Origin: Catajapyx aquilonaris
Taxonomy: Eukaryota
Assembly: GCA_000934665.2 (NCBI GenBank)
Contig: JYFJ02000293.1
Coordinates: forward strand, 124,001-147,190
Direction of reading: 5' to 3'
DNA length: 23,190 bases
Made by a program: the position numbers and the translations under genes. Shown one piece after another: positions 19,766 to 23,190 of this stretch; the first letter of the stretch is position 1, and every line of letters begins with the position of its first letter. The notes beneath the pieces are model-generated. The model saw nothing but the letters and a program-made list of their open reading frames with translations, had not been told where the DNA came from and searched no databases.

Positions 19766-21199
19766 ATGGCGTTCCTTCGTGTCACCATTTTCTGCGTGGT
19801 CGCATTCTGGCTATTCTCAATCCACGCATGTGCCCAGGTAATCACCACCAAAAAAAAATTGTCACCAAAAAATTGTCACCAAAAAAATAATTTAAAATGA
19901 TTGCAGATGAAGAAGGAGTGTAAGTTTCCAAAGATTTCTAAGCAAACTTGGAAGAAATGGACCTTCTGTCACGGGGTGAGTTTGGCGATTGTAATTAATT
20001 CCACTGATTAATAATTGTTTGTTTAATTATTGACAGTGCCAGGAGAAATGTTTCTGGAGCCATATTCAAGGGGTGAGTTTATTGTCCTGATGGTCACCAC
20101 ATAATTATTAATTTTAAAAAATGCGATTTCAGTTCGGAGATGACGGTTGGCCTAACGCAACCCAGATTGTTGGCTACCATGTGACCCTGGAGGAAGATCC
20201 GGTGGCTTTTGACCGATTGTTGGAGCAGTTCATGACCTGCATTAAAACAGGTTTGTATACTCTAATTATCGGCAATGATCTCTCTGAAAAGGCAACACAT
20301 TTTTTTTTTTCCAACAGAGAAGGCAAAAGATCCGGACACTGATCCTCAAGATTGCGTTGTCATCGATAGCTTGTCACTGTGTTGGAGAGCTGCTGTTGCT
20401 AAAGTAAGTACCCCTTTATTTTGTAACAATGCAACACAACAATGCTTTTATTATAATCCACAGGAGTGCGCTCCTGGAAATCCTCGTTGCAAGATGCCTA
20501 ACCTCACAAAGAAGAGCAAGTCAATCCGCGAAAAGTGCAATAAGGTACAGTAATCGCAATTTTTTTTAACGACTAGACAACTTATTGAAAGCCAATTGTT
20601 TCAGTGCACTGCACATTGTTTGGTGACACAGATGGATTGGGTAAGTACGCACTCAGCGATTCACTTGGTAATGTCACATTCATTGTTTTGTCCAGGTTGG
20701 TCTAGACGGTGTGGCCAGACTGAGCAAGATCACAAAGGACGTGGCTCCTGGGCCGGAGAACGAGGTGTTTCGAAGGGTGATGTCGAAGCAAATCAACAAC
20801 TGCATCAAGAAAGGTACAGTTGAAGGCCCCTCTTTACTCTTGGCATTGATTTAAAATGCAACACTGTTGTTATTTTCTATCAGTGACGTCTTCTGGTGGT
20901 GACAAAGACGCCTGTGAGATGCACCAGGCGATTATGCACTGCTATTTCCGCAAGAGGGAAAAGGTACAAACTATTTTTAAAAATATATTGCAGATCACTA
21001 TATGAATCACTTATAGATTCAGAGATTGGAAGTGATCATCACATGCCACGTAATTTTATCAGACACTTAATAATAAGAGCAGCCTAATTCACTCATTTTC
21101 TATGATATCGACATAACTGCGATAATTATGATTTGCCAATATATTATTGTAACAATGTGCCTATATATTTTCCAGGATTGCTTGCAACAACCATTTTAG
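19766..21199 (+). CDS. Secreted two-domain odorant-binding-protein-like (OBP/Plus-C-like) protein, 239 aa
   Basis: Exons 19766-19837 (signal peptide MAFLRVTIFCVVAFWLFSIHACAQ), 19907-19975, 20037-20072, 20133-20250, 20318-20403, 20464-20544, 20605-20640, 20696-20813, 20884-20963, 21176-21199. All GT-AG and in frame, 720 nt. Each half reads C-X15-C-X2-C-X3-C-X42-C-X13/15-C-X8-C-X8-C, containing the OBP hallmarks C-X3-C and C-X8-C. Gene model is strong; family call rests on pattern only. Confidence 0.78.
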
Positions 21200-21997
21200 G
21201 CTCTGCCTGATAGCAAAATCACCTTGCATGAATCCAGCCTGTAGACAACTTGCAGTATGAATTATTGATGAATTGCACTCGCAATAATTGTGTATAATAT
21301 GTTGTAATAATGGACACCTGTTGTTTATAAACGGTTGTAATTCATTCACGTGGCTGTTGTCTTGACCTTTGACCAACTTGTTCCTTTTACACAGCATATA
21401 GAGGGGAAGGGAAGGTTGCGGTGTTTTGATTGGTACAATGATGCTTCATAGACTTTCATAGGCACTTACAGTGCAACTGCGTAACAGTCCAGTGCAGTAG
21501 TTATACATTGAGCTGTCGTGTAGGCCTGTATATGAATCGGTAAGTGTACTGTACGGCATGTACGTGTAATTTATAAGATGAGATCAGAATTTTAAAGACT
21601 GATTTTAAGAAATTTCTTATATAACTTTGTAAATAAAATGCACTGAAAACCTGAGATTTTGCACGTTGCTAATCCAGGGAATTCTCCCCGCAAAAATAAT
21701 GATATACTTACAAAATATTACTGCATATTTCCGCACATTAATATGTGCTGATATAGCATTACCTCATGTGTTACGTCACTATCTGATATCATGCAACCTA
21801 GCATAATTTAACTGGGTATGTCCCTATTGGTCACTTATGCGTCAATATTCCTGATTTCACAATGCTCGTGACATAGAGATAGTGGGAATGGAAAGGGGGA
21901 AGAACCGTATCTCTTGACCTTTTGACCCTCTCTCTTTCGAGGCCATAAGTCTATAGATCAACGAATTCAGCTCAGAATATAGGAAAGCAGGCCAAGG

Positions 21998-22964
21998 ATG
22001 AAGACCAGCATCCCGGAATTAATCCAGATTAAGAGAGGTGGTCACGAGTGGACCGAAGACCAGGTCAGGCACCTGGTGAGGTCAATCGTGACCAAACAAG
22101 TGGCCGAGTCACAAATAGGTAAGTGATTAACCAGAAGAGGGAATAAAATCAGTGAATAATTTTTCGGTTTGCAGGAGCAATGTTGATGGCTATAGTGTTG
22201 AATGGGATTGGCGCCAAGGAGACTGCGGCTTTGACAAAAGCCATGGTCGAAACAGGTACTGTTAACTGTTTTTTTTTGTAACAGCTATAGTAGGGGTAAG
22301 CTAACTTATGGGTTTTTGGGAGGTGGCTTGTGTCCTTCGCAACCATAATTAGCTCCGCCCCCTACCGGTCGACCAATCAGGATTCGATTTCATAACGCCC
22401 ATCTCCTTTGAAATCGAATCCTGATTGGTCGACCGGTAGGGGGCGGGGCTAATTATGGTTGCCAATGTCACTATAGCCACCTCCCAAAAACCCATAAGTT
22501 AGCTTACCCCTACTCTGCCGTCCGCTCAAAGAAAACCGTAACTCAAAATCCACTTCCCTTGCGGTGAGAAAAGTAAGCAAGTGTTACCGAAAGCATCCAA
22601 GAGGTGGCGTTGAAGGAAGTGAGAAAGGAACGGGCACCCAAAGTCCACCTGTTGGATGATTTTGGTACCACTACTTTTTTTTCTCGCCGCAAGGGAAAGT
22701 GGATGTTGAGTTACGGTCTTCTTCGAGCGGATGGCAGTACTGTAGTTTGACCAACCATTCTTTCAAACGTAGGTGATCGCATGAAGTGGCCGTCTGAATG
22801 GCGTGGTCAGCTTGTGGACAAACATAGCACTGGAGGAGTAGGCGACAAAGTGTCTCTGATTCTGGCTCCAGCCTTGGCCTCTGCTGGACTCAAGGTGCCT
22901 ATGGTCAGCGGAAGAGGACTCAGCTTCACTGGAGGGACACTGGACAAGCTGGAGTCTATTCCAG
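21998..22964 (+). CDS. TYMP: Thymidine phosphorylase, 5' partial (continues beyond window)
   Basis: Exons 21998-22118 ([15 protein letters not shown]...ESQI), 22175-22255 ([11 protein letters not shown]...[12 protein letters not shown]), 22773-22964 (GDRMKWP...[22 protein letters not shown]...[24 protein letters not shown]). Signature motifs [10 protein letters not shown] and [18 protein letters not shown]. Confidence 0.95.
22289..22514. mobile_element. Near-perfect palindromic MITE/foldback (~105-bp arms) in TYMP intron 2
   Basis: AGTAGGGGTAAGCTAACTTATGGGTTTTTGGGAGGTGGCT... / ...AGCCACCTCCCAAAAACCCATAAGTTAGCTTACCCCTACT with a short central loop. Confidence 0.88.
22515..22737. mobile_element. 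Second MITE abutting the first, long imperfect TIRs, followed by TA
   Basis: CTGCCGTCCGCTCAAAGAAAACCGTAACTCAA / TTGAGTTACGGTCTTCTTCGAGCGGATGGCAG|TA; inner inverted blocks atccactt/aagtggat and cccttgcgg/ccgcaaggg. Confidence 0.85.
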
Positions 22965-23012
22965 GTCAGTATATTCACGTCCTGTAAAAAGTGGGCGTGG
23001 CCTAGAGGGCCA

Positions 23013-23048
23013 CATTCCGACTCCTGTCAAAAGACAGGAGTCGGAATG
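23013..23048. other. Perfect 16-bp hairpin with AAAA loop in TYMP intron 3
   Basis: CATTCCGACTCCTGTC-AAAA-GACAGGAGTCGGAATG. Confidence 0.7.
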
Positions 23049-23190
23049 CGAAGCAACACCTCCTTTTATCGCGCCAATTTTTTAAAACCCCCGATAACAC
23101 AGCGCAACAAAAAAAAACTTTCGGCGTGTTATTCGGAAACCACTATGCACATCATGTTAGTAGGACCCAAAGTAGCTGGGAAACGCCCGG

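Overview
Compact eukaryotic genomic window with many ~60-nt GT-AG introns; the gene content suggests an arthropod. Five spliced protein-coding genes were assembled by hand. (1) A Tsp2A-like tetraspanin (+, 1968-5763) has two candidate mutually exclusive exons for TM3 and the start of EC2, flanked by a 15-bp intronic docking/selector-type complementarity. (2) eIF5 (+, CDS 10676-12142) has a TCT/TOP-like start and a spliced 64-aa uORF with two in-frame poor-context AUGs. Its 5'UTR introns are rich in predicted stems, and the protein lacks the usual DIDIDAI tail. (3) An LRRC20-like gene (-, 13294-17652) has two homologous alternative first coding exons. (4) A secreted tandem two-domain, 8-Cys odorant-binding-protein-like gene (+, 19766-21199) shows a duplicated exon structure. 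(5) The 5' part of thymidine phosphorylase (+, from 21998) runs off the window. Introns and intergenic DNA hold several MITE/foldback elements, minisatellites and a (TAG)n microsatellite. No rRNA, tRNA or CRISPR was seen. All gene models come from splice signals, phase and recalled family motifs; no database search was run.
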